From contig JBEWZL010000299.1 in the NCBI GenBank assembly GCA_045837725.1, positions 1 to 41,022 of the forward strand: DNA of 41,022 nucleotides, written 5' to 3'. This document shows positions 1 through 10,573 of this stretch, piece after piece. The notes below the pieces were generated by a model, which did not search any database, was not told where the DNA came from, and saw nothing but the letters and a program-made list of their open reading frames with translations. Positions within the stretch are counted from its first letter, which is position 1, and each line of letters starts with the position of its first letter. Position numbers and translations under genes: made by a program. This stretch comes from Vermamoeba vermiformis (lineage: Eukaryota).

Positions 1-2
1 AT

Positions 3-1265
3 GGCAAGTGGAGAAGGATCACCGACCTGAGCGAGCCAGAAGGCAATGCGCTGAATGAACTGGTGGACGCTCCTCCCTTCCAATTCGAGTCGATTGACGA
101 TGCAGTGCAGGCGATCACCCAGTTCAAGGTGGTGGTTGCGTGTAAGTTTGATCTTCAGGCTGCTTATCGTCAAGTCCCTGTACACGTGGATCACTGGGAC
201 TTGTGTGGCTTCGTGTGGGAAGGAGTGCGCTATGTGGATCTCCGGTTGTGCTTTGGCTATCGCCGAGCCCCATTTGTATTCTGGAAGATTTCAAATTTTA
301 TTAAACGCGTTGCTTTAGGCTATTTCGGTGTCCGTTTTATTATTCCTTACCTTGATGATTTCTTGATTATTTCCCCAGGCGATTCTTTGGAGGCGGCGTT
401 CGCGAATGCGTCTCACGATTTTCACCGTTTTGAATCGTGCTTGTACGAACTGGGGTGGGAAATAGCCAGGCATAAGGTGGTGACTCCTTCGTTGGATTTG
501 ACGTTTCTCGGTATCAGGTTGAATCTGGTCGAGAGATCGCTGTCAGTCCCTGATGAGAAATTGACAGATCTGCTGGATACACTAGAGAAGTTTTCTCAGC
601 GGAAGTTTGCCACTAAAAAGCAGCTCCAAAAATTAGTGGGGTTGGTTAATTTTGCTTGTAAAGTGGTGCGAGGCGGTCGTACCTTTTTGAGACGCATGAT
701 CGACGAGTTAAATCTGGCCAGTGATAAAAATAAGCCCGTCCAATTATCGTATGATTTTCAGTTAGATGTGTTGTGGTGGCTTAAATTTGCTCGTGCGTGG
801 AATGGCAAGGCAGTCATGATTGATCCCTGGCCCATTGATTCTCGTCGTTTTGTGGTGGACGCATCTGGTAAAGCGTCAGCGGCTATTTTTGATTATGAAT
901 ATTTGGTTTATATTCTAGAACCACCGTTCTCTACGTGGCATATTAATGCAACGGAGTTTTTGAGCGTGTTCTTAGCAGCGAAGAGATGGGGACCGTTGTG
1001 GTCGGGTCATAGGGTAATAGTGGAGTCTGATAATACCACGACGGTGGCTGCAATTAATAAGGGATCTTCGGCCTCTCGTGAAATTATGCGTATGCTGAGA
1101 CATTTGTTTTGGATCTCGGCGAAATTTAATTTTCATATCACTGCGAGACACATTAGTGGTTCTCGTAATGAGTTAGCGGACGCGGCATCTCGTCTGGATC
1201 ACGCAACGTTGTTTGATGCTGGCATATCCATGGTTTTGTGCCCTGAGCCCACCGTGGATGATTAA
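3..1265 (+). CDS. Reverse transcriptase / RNase H of the YR retrotransposon (5' partial)
   Basis: Frame open from base 3: GKWRRITDLS.P.G..LN, KFDLQAAYRQ, LCFG, YLDDF, FLGI (RT). VDASG, HINATE, ESDN, NELADAASR (RNase H D-E-D-D). Confidence 0.95.
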   Translation, partial: GKWRRITDLSEPEGNALNELVDAPPFQFESIDDAVQAITQFKVVVACKFDLQAAYRQVPVHVDHWDLCGFVWEGVRYVDLRLCFGYRRAPFVFWKISNFIKRVALGYFGVRFIIPYLDDFLIISPGDSLEAAFANASHDFHRFESCLYELGWEIARHKVVTPSLDLTFLGIRLNLVERSLSVPDEKLTDLLDTLEKFSQRKFATKKQLQKLVGLVNFACKVVRGGRTFLRRMIDELNLASDKNKPVQLSYDFQLDVLWWLKFARAWNGKAVMIDPWPIDSRRFVVDASGKASAAIFDYEYLVYILEPPFSTWHINATEFLSVFLAAKRWGPLWSGHRVIVESDNTTTVAAINKGSSASREIMRMLRHLFWISAKFNFHITARHISGSRNELADAASRLDHATLFDAGISMVLCPEPTVDD

Positions 1266-2287
1266 GTCAGTTTCGGATTTTCTCGACATGGCCTATGTGC
1301 CTGAGGTGGTGAAAGCACGCCGCTCTGCGGTTCGTGCGTTCGCACGATTCTGTCTTAGGTTTGATTTTCAATTTTTCCCCGCTACAGAAGCAGTTCTGTT
1401 GGAGTACGCCGCCTTCCTAGCTAATAGCGGGCTGAAGGCTAGCACTATATCTAAATATTTATCTACTATTGGCACTTATAATAAGTTGCATGGGGCTGAT
1501 ATATCGGTTAATTCCTTTCGCCTATCTTTAATGATGCGCGGTATTAAGAGATCGCAAGATCTCCAACCCGCGAGTAAATCCCCGTTAACCCCAGTGGAAC
1601 TTCGTTTGATGCGAGCTACGCTGGATTGGAACTCATCCCAGGACAGGACCTTTTGGGCTTGCCTGGTCATTGGTTTTTGGACCTTTTTACGTGGGGGTAA
1701 TTTGATTCCGAAGTCGGCGGCAGATTTTAATAGTGGCAGACATTTGTCTGCCTTAAATATGTCTGTCGATCCTGAATCGGGTGTTTTATCTTTTAATCTT
1801 AAGCGTACTAAAACCATTCAATTTAACGAGCGGCGTTTAATTATTTCGCTAGTTCCTCTGGGTAATGATCTTTGCCCGATTCAAGCATTGCGAGACATGT
1901 GGGAGCTGTGCCCTCTCCAAGACGACGGGTCTCTATTTATATACCGCGAAGGTGGTGCGTACAAAACATTGTTGCACCCCCAAGCTCAACGAGCTCATTA
2001 AGCGAGCGGCGGTTGATGCAGGCCTGGACCCTAAGTTATTCTCCGCCCATTCTCTTCGAAAAGGGGGCACATCAGTGGCATTATTGTCAGGGGCAGACGA
2101 GCTATTGGTCAAAGCTCAAGGTGATTGGATCTCTAACGCGTATCGCCGTTACATTACCTTTTCAATGTCTCAAAGGCTGTCAGTTCCTTATTCGATCGCA
2201 AAGGCGATGAATTCTGATGGTTTCGAGGCCCGTTGCAAGTCATTGGCTATTCCAATGGCTGCTGCTCTTTATGACTTGGGGCCCTGA
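1258..2287 (+). CDS. Tyrosine recombinase, split by a 1-nt frameshift at ~1977-1981
   Basis: ORF ending at 2001 has a core-binding-like N-terminus, FWTFLR (catalytic R) and KTIQ. The overlapping frame ending at 2287 supplies HSLRKGG and GDWISNAYRRY (H-x-x-R, W, Y). Deleting one C from the C5 run joins them. Confidence 0.9.
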
Positions 2288-2445
2288 ACGCGGGCGTTCG
2301 GGTTTGGGTGCGTGTCTAGGCGTTCGTAGGGCCCAACCATCGATACGGGGGCTGTATGAACGAAATCTAGCACCTAGCCAATAAACCTGAATTATCGCCC
2401 GCGAGTGTAGCGAGTTAAGTCCCAATTGAAGAAAGAAATTCTCGC

Positions 2446-2541
2446 CATCCCGAAATCAAATCCGAATCTTGGACCTATGAGGAACAAGACGCATCCCGAA
2501 ATCAAATCCGAATCTTGGACCTATGAGGAACAAGACGCATC
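2446..2541. repeat. Perfect 46-bp tandem duplication (2 copies + 4 nt)
   Basis: catcccgaaatcaaatccgaatcttggacctatgaggaacaagacg at 2446-2491 and 2492-2537, then catc. Confidence 0.95.
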
Positions 2542-3434
2542 GACTCGACTAGATGCGTTTGTTTCTGCATCGATGAATCCATTATCGTTAGTACAGCGAC
2601 TGACAGTGAAAGGATGGCTTTGGATTAACGATTTTAAACAGATGTTTTATACCACCACTTAGTAAGAGTTTCCAAACGAGGTTAAATACAGCTTGCATAA
2701 AAATCGTCGAAAAATACTCACAATTGATTATATGTTGGTTTCACCGTATAATTGCTTCGATACAACAGTGATCGGGCTTCCTTCCAACCAACCCTAGATA
2801 CTGGTCGTGCAGGATTTGACGCGCATTTCTCAATGTTGACTGTACTAAATACGAAGGTGCCTATTGTAATTAAATATAATTGGCGCTTGCAAGCGATCAC
2901 GCATTAGTTGATCTGACCAGATTTAACTTCAATTGACCAATCGATTCTATTTACGGATTTGAAGTAATGTATAATGGCCGCGTACTATCATACATAGATG
3001 GGCCGATTGCTGCCAGGTATAGGTCAAAATTGCAAAAAAAAAAGTGCTACTATGGATTTAACTGCGAATAAATATGAATGGTCGGTGTTTATAGGAACTT
3101 TATTGCTGTCAATAGAAAATATGGCTCTTGCGAAGCACTTTGGCAGTCATTGCAATGTTGCACGTCGTGGTGTAACGACAGGCGAGTGATGAACTTTTGA
3201 GATCTATTTTTCCTGCGGTTACGGAATCTTTTTTGTGTGCAGTTGTACCATCACATCGTGAGAATAACCAGCAGACCGACAATTTCGTACATTATCAAGG
3301 CTTCCGTGTGCCCAAAGAAAGAAACCTGGATAAAACCGTAGTTTGTATGGCAGAAATTTGCCAAAAAATATTTAGTACCAAGTCCTTTTTCCCGGCGCCG
3401 TAGACAAAAGATTGACCTGGGAGAGGAACTTGCT

Positions 3435-6400
3435 TTAAAGCTTGCGCATAGTCTTGCGCTTTATTAGTTTATAAATTTCAGCTACAATCAAAAATACGAC
3501 CAAGCATACGACCACGACCGCCCATTCGATATCGATCGGGACGTGCTTGAATACATTAGTATTTACAACGGGAATATACAGCGTGGGAACGGTAAGAGCA
3601 GCGCCAATGACCATCGTCCAAAAGAGCACTTGATTCTTCCAGTGCTTCATGCGCCAGATCGGCTTGCGGAAGTGCTTGCATTCAACAGCGAGCAACAAAA
3701 TCAAAAATGACAAGGTAATGAACGCAGTAGATCGCGATCGATGCACGGGACCGCAGTTGATTGAGGCCTCTGAGACAAAGTTGCAGTTCTCGCCAACAAC
3801 TCCGTCATAGATACCGTACAACACGAAGATGAACGAGCTCAGTGCAATGCCGCCCAAAAATACACCATAGACGAGGGTGTCCATGATCACTTCTTTGCTG
3901 AACAACTGCTTGCTCTTCGACGGCGGGTAATTCATAATCTTTTTGTCTGCTGGCTCGACTCCCAAGCCCAAAGCAGGAGGAGTGCTGAATAGAGGATTAG
4001 TATCAATTGCAATCATATCACTAAAGTTAGCTTACCTTGTAATCATGTTAAGCCACAAAATTTCAATCGGCGAGAGAATGTAGACGCTTCGTTGATTGGC
4101 GTCTTGCACGATCAAACCTACGACCAAAGCAATCACTTCACCAACGTTGCTAGCAAACAAATGAATGATGAACTTGGTGATGTTTTGAAGAATACGACGA
4201 CCTTCGCGAATAGCCACGAGGATAGTGTGGAAGTTGTCGTCGGTCAATACAATGTCAGCTGCTTGTTTGGCTACATCACTTCCGTTCATGCCCATAGCAA
4301 TGCCGATATCAGCTTGTTTGAGTGCGGGTGCCTGAACGGCGTTAGAATAATGTCGAAGACACTACATACAGCTAATACGTACATCATTTACACCGTCACC
4401 AGTCATGGCCACGATTCTCTTGCGTCTGTGCAATGCATCGACAAGCGTCACCTTGGAAGTAGGACTGCATCGCGCGATAGCCTTAGGCATGCTCGGCAGT
4501 GCATCAATCTCTTCTTCACTCATCTTATCGAACTCACTTGCGACCATTGTCAAGTCTCCTTCAACATCAGTGATGATGGAGACAGCTTTAGCAATGGCCG
4601 TGGCGGTCTTCGGATGATCTCCGGTGGCCATATGCACCTCAATACCCGCTTTGTGGCAGGTTTCGACAGACTCTTTTGACTCTGTGGAACAGTTAGAAAT
4701 GATACCTACTATTAATTGCATTTAAAATTACCTTCACGAGGGGGATCGTAGATGCCAAGAAGGCCCAAGAAAGTCATCTCGGGAGACTTCTCGAGCTCAG
4801 CACGGGGAACTTCAGGATTTTTAACTGACGGTGCGTAAGCCAATGACAAAACTCGCTGGAAGGTTGGTTAGAAACGATTCAATATTAATATGTAAGAACA
4901 ACTTACCAATCCATCAGAGCTCAAATCGTGCAATGCGTTTTCAATCTTCGCCCGCATGTCATCGGGCATTGGCACGCGCTCCGTGCCAACTTGAACGTAG
5001 TGGCAGCAACCAAAGACAACTTCAGTGGCTCCTTTCATGTAGACCACGTGATCCTTGCCTCCATCAACGGCGTAGACAACTGCCATGCGCTTCAAGGTGG
5101 AGTCGAATGGATGCTCGTAAACGAGATCCAATTTGGAGTGCAACTCAACACCTTGCTTAGTAACGCAGTTATCAAGGGCGAGCATTAACAATGCAATCTA
5201 AACGAAGTATCATGTATTAGAAGAAGAATTGGAGACAGTATCACACGAGGCTTTGGAAATTCGGACGAAATTTACTTTGATAAATCGAGGTGCGGAAAAG
5301 GTTAGGTTGGCCACGCGATAAATAATGTAAAATAAAATTACTGCCAAGTGAATCAATGGTACTTACCTCAGTAGGATCTCCAACAGCTTTCATGTCACGA
5401 GCAGGTTCGGATGTGATGTCGCGCTCGTCGCGCTCAACAACACGTCCTCTGTGGCTGCTCTTCATACGGTTGCGCTTTACAATAGGGTCGTTTCGCTTCA
5501 ATTCGAAGGACTTGGCCGAAGACAAGTGCGCAGTATTACACAATACACAAGTCTCGAGAATGCGTTGAGTGTTTTCCTCAACAGGCAATTTGGCCTTGAA
5601 TCCCTCTTGCACGTCAAACATTCTGTTGTCAGGCACCCAGACCTGTTTGACAATCATCTTAGCCTTCGTAAGTGTGCCTGTCTTGTCCGTGCAAATGTTC
5701 GTCACGGCGCCGAGAGCTTCGAGCGCGTTCAATCTGCGCACGAGAGCTTTTTGCTTGGCCATTTCTTTGACACCCAAAGCCATGGAGAGTGTCACAACAG
5801 CGACCAAGCCCTCAGGAATGATAGCAATGCCCAGGGCAATGGCATACAACACGACTTCCGTGGACAAGTCAAATCTGTTCACCGCGAACACGACCACTGC
5901 GAGTACAATTGCAACGCCAAAGAGGATGTAAGCCATTTTGTCAAGTCTGAAAGTACTAATTAGTAAACGTGGATTTGAAAGGAATTCGCGTGCGAAAATT
6001 CGTTACCTTTTTTGTAACGCGGTTTTGTTTCTGAACTTTTTAGCAGACACTTGCTTGGCAATGGCACCGATCTGCGTGTTCATGCCCGTGGCAATGATGA
6101 CTCCTTTTCCACGGCCTTGAGTCACGATACAGCTCATAAAAGCCATGTTTTTCTTGTCACCAAGCGGGCATTCCTCGATCTTAAGAGGCGTGGATCTACC
6201 AACCAATTAATTAATCCGTTACATTGTTTGAAATAAAATACTTACTGCTTCTCTACTGGCTCGCTTTCACCAGTCAACATGGCCTCGTCTATTCGCAAGT
6301 TCAACGCCTCAGTAATTCGCACATCAGCGCTCACAATATCTCCTTGTTCAAAGCTAATAATATCACCAGGAACAACGTCGGGTGCAGGAACTTCAACGAG

Positions 6401-7123
6401 TTCTCCGTCGCGGATCACTTTTGCAACGGGAGCAGACAATTTTTTCAAAGACGACATCGTCTTTTCACTTTTGAATTCTTGCAAAAATCCAATTAACGTA
6501 TTTGCAACGACGACAAATAAAATTACACCTAATATTAAGAAAATTTTAGTGCTGTCGCTTTTTTTGCAAATATAAGAAATTTCTTACCTGTCTCGATCCA
6601 CTGCTCAGTAACAATAGACAAAATTGCAGCGATGAGCAAAATAATGGTTAGACCATTAACTAAATGGCGAAGTAATAGTATAAACGGGTTGACCTAATGA
6701 AAAATACCGTCAGAAATTTCAATCGATACAATTACGCACATTTTGTGCACCGCAGATCAGATCAGTTCAATACTTACTCCACCCTCGCCTTTCAGCTCGT
6801 TCTTGCCGTACTTGGTCACACGTGCGGCAATTTCTTCTTCGCGCAGACCAAGCGTGGAGGACTTGAATTCTTCGAGGACCTGCTCCACGGTCTGGATGTG
6901 GTATGGAGGAAGTGGAGGAGGCTCTTTCTTCTTTTTGTTCTTCTTATGCTTCTTGGATTTGGTCGCTTTAGTTGACTTTGGTAGTGCCGGGAGGGGGCTC
7001 TTCTGCGTGCTCAGGTACCGATGGCGTGAGAGTACCAGCAGGCTCGAGGCTGATCCTCTCCTTCATGGGCACTTCAACTTGGCTCATTTCGACGGCTTCG
7101 GTTTGTTCACTTGAATGCGACAT
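3435..7123 (-). CDS. P-type cation ATPase, probably type IID (ENA-like Na+/K+ efflux); multi-exon
   Basis: Motifs in order: YGKNEL, DEAMLTGES, IIPEGL, LEALGAVTNICTDKTGTLT, GDPTE, KGATE, DPPR, TGDHPKTA, TGDGVND, MGMNGSDVAKQAADIVLTDDNF, ILWLNMIT. Exon 1 needs a 1-nt correction near 6993-6997. Confidence 0.93.
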
Positions 7124-8177
7124 GATTGTAATTAGAATGAGAACTGTGATTGAAAATTTCTCTTTTAAGCCTGGCCGGGTCACACGAGCACGTGCCTGTA
7201 GTACGCATTTTCACTGAAAACTTGGCTCACAGTATCTTGTCAAATTGGTGCAGTTTGCTGTTGAATGCCCGGTGAACGACCACCAGAGCGAGAAACTCGC
7301 GATCCAAGGCCATTAACAGCGCTTTGAAACAGCACACTTGTGAAGATTGCAGCAATTAATTAACGCCGAAATTTTGGTTATTTATTTGCTTGAATTAGCG
7401 CACGAAATGTCTATGTCAAAATTAAGATCTTAGAGCCGGTTATTGGCTAGTAACTTATTATTAATTTAGTAATCGAGCAAGTGATTTTTGTCTAATTATT
7501 TAGACTAAAATTTACGTTTTTATAAAAATTTGAAATTTATTTTTTACCCGATGCGTTCCAAATCCGTTGACAAAATCTGCGAGGACCACAATTGTGGTAC
7601 TGTGTATTAAAAATACATTTCCATCCTTTTTTTTACTAGTCCCGATACTGATCTGAAGTCTATCTTCGTGGGAGATAAAAAACTCAATCAGGAAATCAAA
7701 ATTTAGTTCCGAACGCGCCAACTCACAAATCTCAGATACAAGTTAACGACCACCTGAACAGCACAAAAACGTAACAAAGAGTATTTGCTTCGTTCGTTTT
7801 TAATACTCGGCCAATTTACGCGTACAAAAGTAACGGTCGTGGATTAACGAAGAGCCATGTCCTCGATGAATGTAAGCATAAAATGAGTATTTAATATAAT
7901 TATATTGCTTATTGACATTATTCGAAGGCATATTCCCCGATGAACAAAAGAAAATCCGTTGCAGACGACTTAGCAAAACTGGATTTATGGCCAAAAGACG
8001 AAAGAACTATAGGTACCATGATTTATTATGCTTAAATAATGCATAAATATTTCATCGATAGCAAGTTCTACCGAAATTTAATTAATTTTTAGTCGTTTAC
8101 AAATTTGAATTGTCAACAATTACGAACCGACAAAATGAGATATGGCAGTAATTATAATAAATATTATTATTGTGCTA

Positions 8178-9643
8178 ATGGCTAGTTATGCAGTGAAAGA
8201 CGGAGTCTTATCGGTGTGCAAATCCAAAAACGAGTGGAAGACTTACTACTGCTGTATTAAAGGGTCAACACTCTCTGTATTTAAAACTAAAGGAGTACGT
8301 ATATTTTAATATTCTGACTTGAGAAATAACAATGTAATTGCTTAATCCTTCTAGGACGAGATCGCGTACCGAGTTGTTCCGCTCAAGGAATCCTATTTAG
8401 GAGCATTGTTTCCGCATGAAAAACTACCACTATATTGTGTGCTAATCACTACGCCTAAACAGTACGTATTCTGTCGGCGAAAAACTTTCATTTCTAACAT
8501 TTTCCAGCGAGTACAAGATCGGGCACGAACACCAAGAAACACTCAAAGACTGGATCGCACAATGTGAAGCTGCTGGTGCTAAAGTTGCAGCATCTCAACA
8601 AGGCGCTGCTATGCCAAAGACAGCTGGCGAGACCTCACCGCTGTCCACGAGTCCTGACTCGATCGTGTTTCAAAAGCCCAAGCGACGCATGTCACTCCAA
8701 TCATCGTTCATGAAGCGGTACGTGATTTCACTGTGCACTGTGTGTTCTATGAACTAACCATTGGGACTAGTCGCAATTCGCAAGGCCGAAGTCCCAATCG
8801 CAGTCCGCAAGAAAGTCGCAGCACCAGTCCTCAACGTATGTCTCCGCGGCAGTCCATTCACTCGGCTTCAGCTCCAATCCTCGCAGCTGCTGATGACGGA
8901 CCCGCTTCCGATCCAGAGAAATTCATGGCTCAAACCGCCCACAAATTCACCAAGAAAAATCTTATTGCACCCATTAAATGCGACAGTTGCGGCGAGAAAG
9001 TGTCGGTCAAAGCATGGATCTGCCAAAGTACGTGTGAAAAAGTTGTTTTTATACAGTTCTAATTTAGACAATAGTATGTTATTGCGCCATTCACAAACAA
9101 TGCGCGAATGGCCCTGGCGTCAGCAAGTTGTGTCTGGCGCTCAAAGGCATCGATTCGACAAAGAAACGCAGTTCGTTAGGCGAGACATTGCAAACAGTAC
9201 CTATCGAGCACATTCCCAACGACATCAACGCGAGTTTCCTCGAGAAGACATGGACACCACAGTCCAAAAAAGACGAAAATCTGATGCTAGCGTCAGCGTT
9301 CTCCAACCCGATCATCGTCACTTCGTCATCAATGCCGCGCATTGACACAGCTAACAGCAGTGATTCGCTACAGTCGAGTGGTCCTGACTCCTCGGGCTCA
9401 GTCAACGAAAGCGATTCCATAGCAAATGTGAGCCCCATCAAGTCCAGGGAATCCCCTCTCAAACCTGCAGCGTCAAGTCCATCGGTGATATCAGGATCTG
9501 TCGCGCTGTCCTTCCGAAAGAGGTTTAACAGCGGCAGCTTCGTTATAACAACACAAACACCGCAAAGTAAGGCTCCTGAGGCCTCCGACGTTAACACGAG
9601 CGGCGAACTGAGTAACAGTAGTGGCGTCGAGACCAAGGAATAG
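8178..9643 (+). CDS. PH-domain + C1 zinc-finger signalling protein with Ser-rich tail; multi-exon
   Basis: Spliced N-terminus VKDGVL..KSKNEWKTYYCCIKGSTLSVFK...LKDWIAQC is PH-like. HKFTKKNLIAPIKCDSCGEK..WIC...HKQC fits the C1 pattern. Low-complexity Ser-rich C-terminus. Confidence 0.75.
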
Positions 9644-9734
9644 TGGTGCAGATCTGGCGGTGTAAATACTTTAACATAATGAATGTAATTATAATAAACG
9701 ATGAATGTACAGCTATGTGGGTCTTACTAGTATT

Positions 9735-10532
9735 TTATTTGGCTTCTGGGTTGGATGTACTCGAGAAATCACGTGTCGAATATTTGTGACCAGTAGCGTC
9801 TAAGAAAAGCTGTAATTCACGCGCAGTTAATTGAGTAGAGTAATCGTTGGTGAGAGGATGGAAAATCATGGGCAGCTCATCATTTTCAACCATTTTTTGA
9901 TCCAAGATCACATTTACGACGTGCTTCTCGCGGTCATTAAACAGTCCTAGAGGTGTAACCGACCCCTTTTCAACACCTACAACATTTGTTAATGACTGAA
10001 CGAAACAATTACGAACAGAGGACTTACCAAGGCATTCTTTCAAAACTTCATCGGGAGCAAACCGCAGCGTGCCAGATCTGAGCGATAATTGTTATGAATC
10101 AAGCCCATAAACTCGTTCGCACGAAGCACTCACCCGAAACCAAGGTCTTTGGTCAAACTCTTCATGTCAACAGTGGATTCGATCAGAGCAACAACCAAAA
10201 ATATTTGTCCCTTCTTCTTATCTCTATTTTTAAAAATTAATTTATTGTGAGGGGATTGTTAATATGCAAACTTACTTGAGAAATAGATTTTTACATAATT
10301 TTGCCTTTTAATTAAATGTCAGTTATCAAGGACTTTGGTTTATGTCACTTTATAATTCACTTACGCTTGGAAATAATTTAGTGCCATGTGGTAGCCATTC
10401 TTCGACAGTGTGTGAAGGCGGATGTGACTTGGTGCTGTTGGCTAACTGTTCATCGCTCCATTTTAACGAGCTCTTTAAAAAGCTATATAATTCTTGCCTA
10501 TTTTTCTCTATCGCTGCTTTATCGTCTGCCAT
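9735..10532 (-). CDS. YbaK/ProX-family prolyl-tRNA editing protein (PRORSD1-like); multi-exon
   Basis: HPP.HTVEE, KLCKNLFL, LRFAP, LGVEKGSVTPLGLFND, FHPLTND.ST..T..EL..FL..TGH. Confidence 0.88.
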
Positions 10533-10573
10533 TGTGTAATGATTGTATTTGATAAATAGTTTGACGTTTATTT

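Larger units (their letters stand above)
1..2541 (+). mobile_element. Tyrosine-recombinase retrotransposon (Ngaro/DIRS group), 5'-truncated by the window edge
   Basis: Intronless RT-RNaseH ORF directly followed by an overlapping tyrosine recombinase ORF, with no methyltransferase domain between them (Ngaro/PAT-like rather than DIRS1-like). The 3' boundary is uncertain (2290-2541). Confidence 0.9.

Noticed and set aside
2350-2370. ctgtatga-ac-gaaa resembling a minimal hammerhead ribozyme core at the retroelement 3' end
   Set aside because: Does not match CUGANGA (extra base), and no convincing stems I/III.
2446-2541. CRISPR-like direct repeats
   Set aside because: Only two adjacent copies, no spacer, no cas genes, eukaryotic context.
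3186-3300. GTGATGA box C of a possible snoRNA
   Set aside because: No box D (CTGA) or terminal stem at a suitable distance.
4092-5963. Several plus-strand ORFs of 100-195 aa
   Set aside because: Antisense shadows of ATPase exons with no recognisable motifs.
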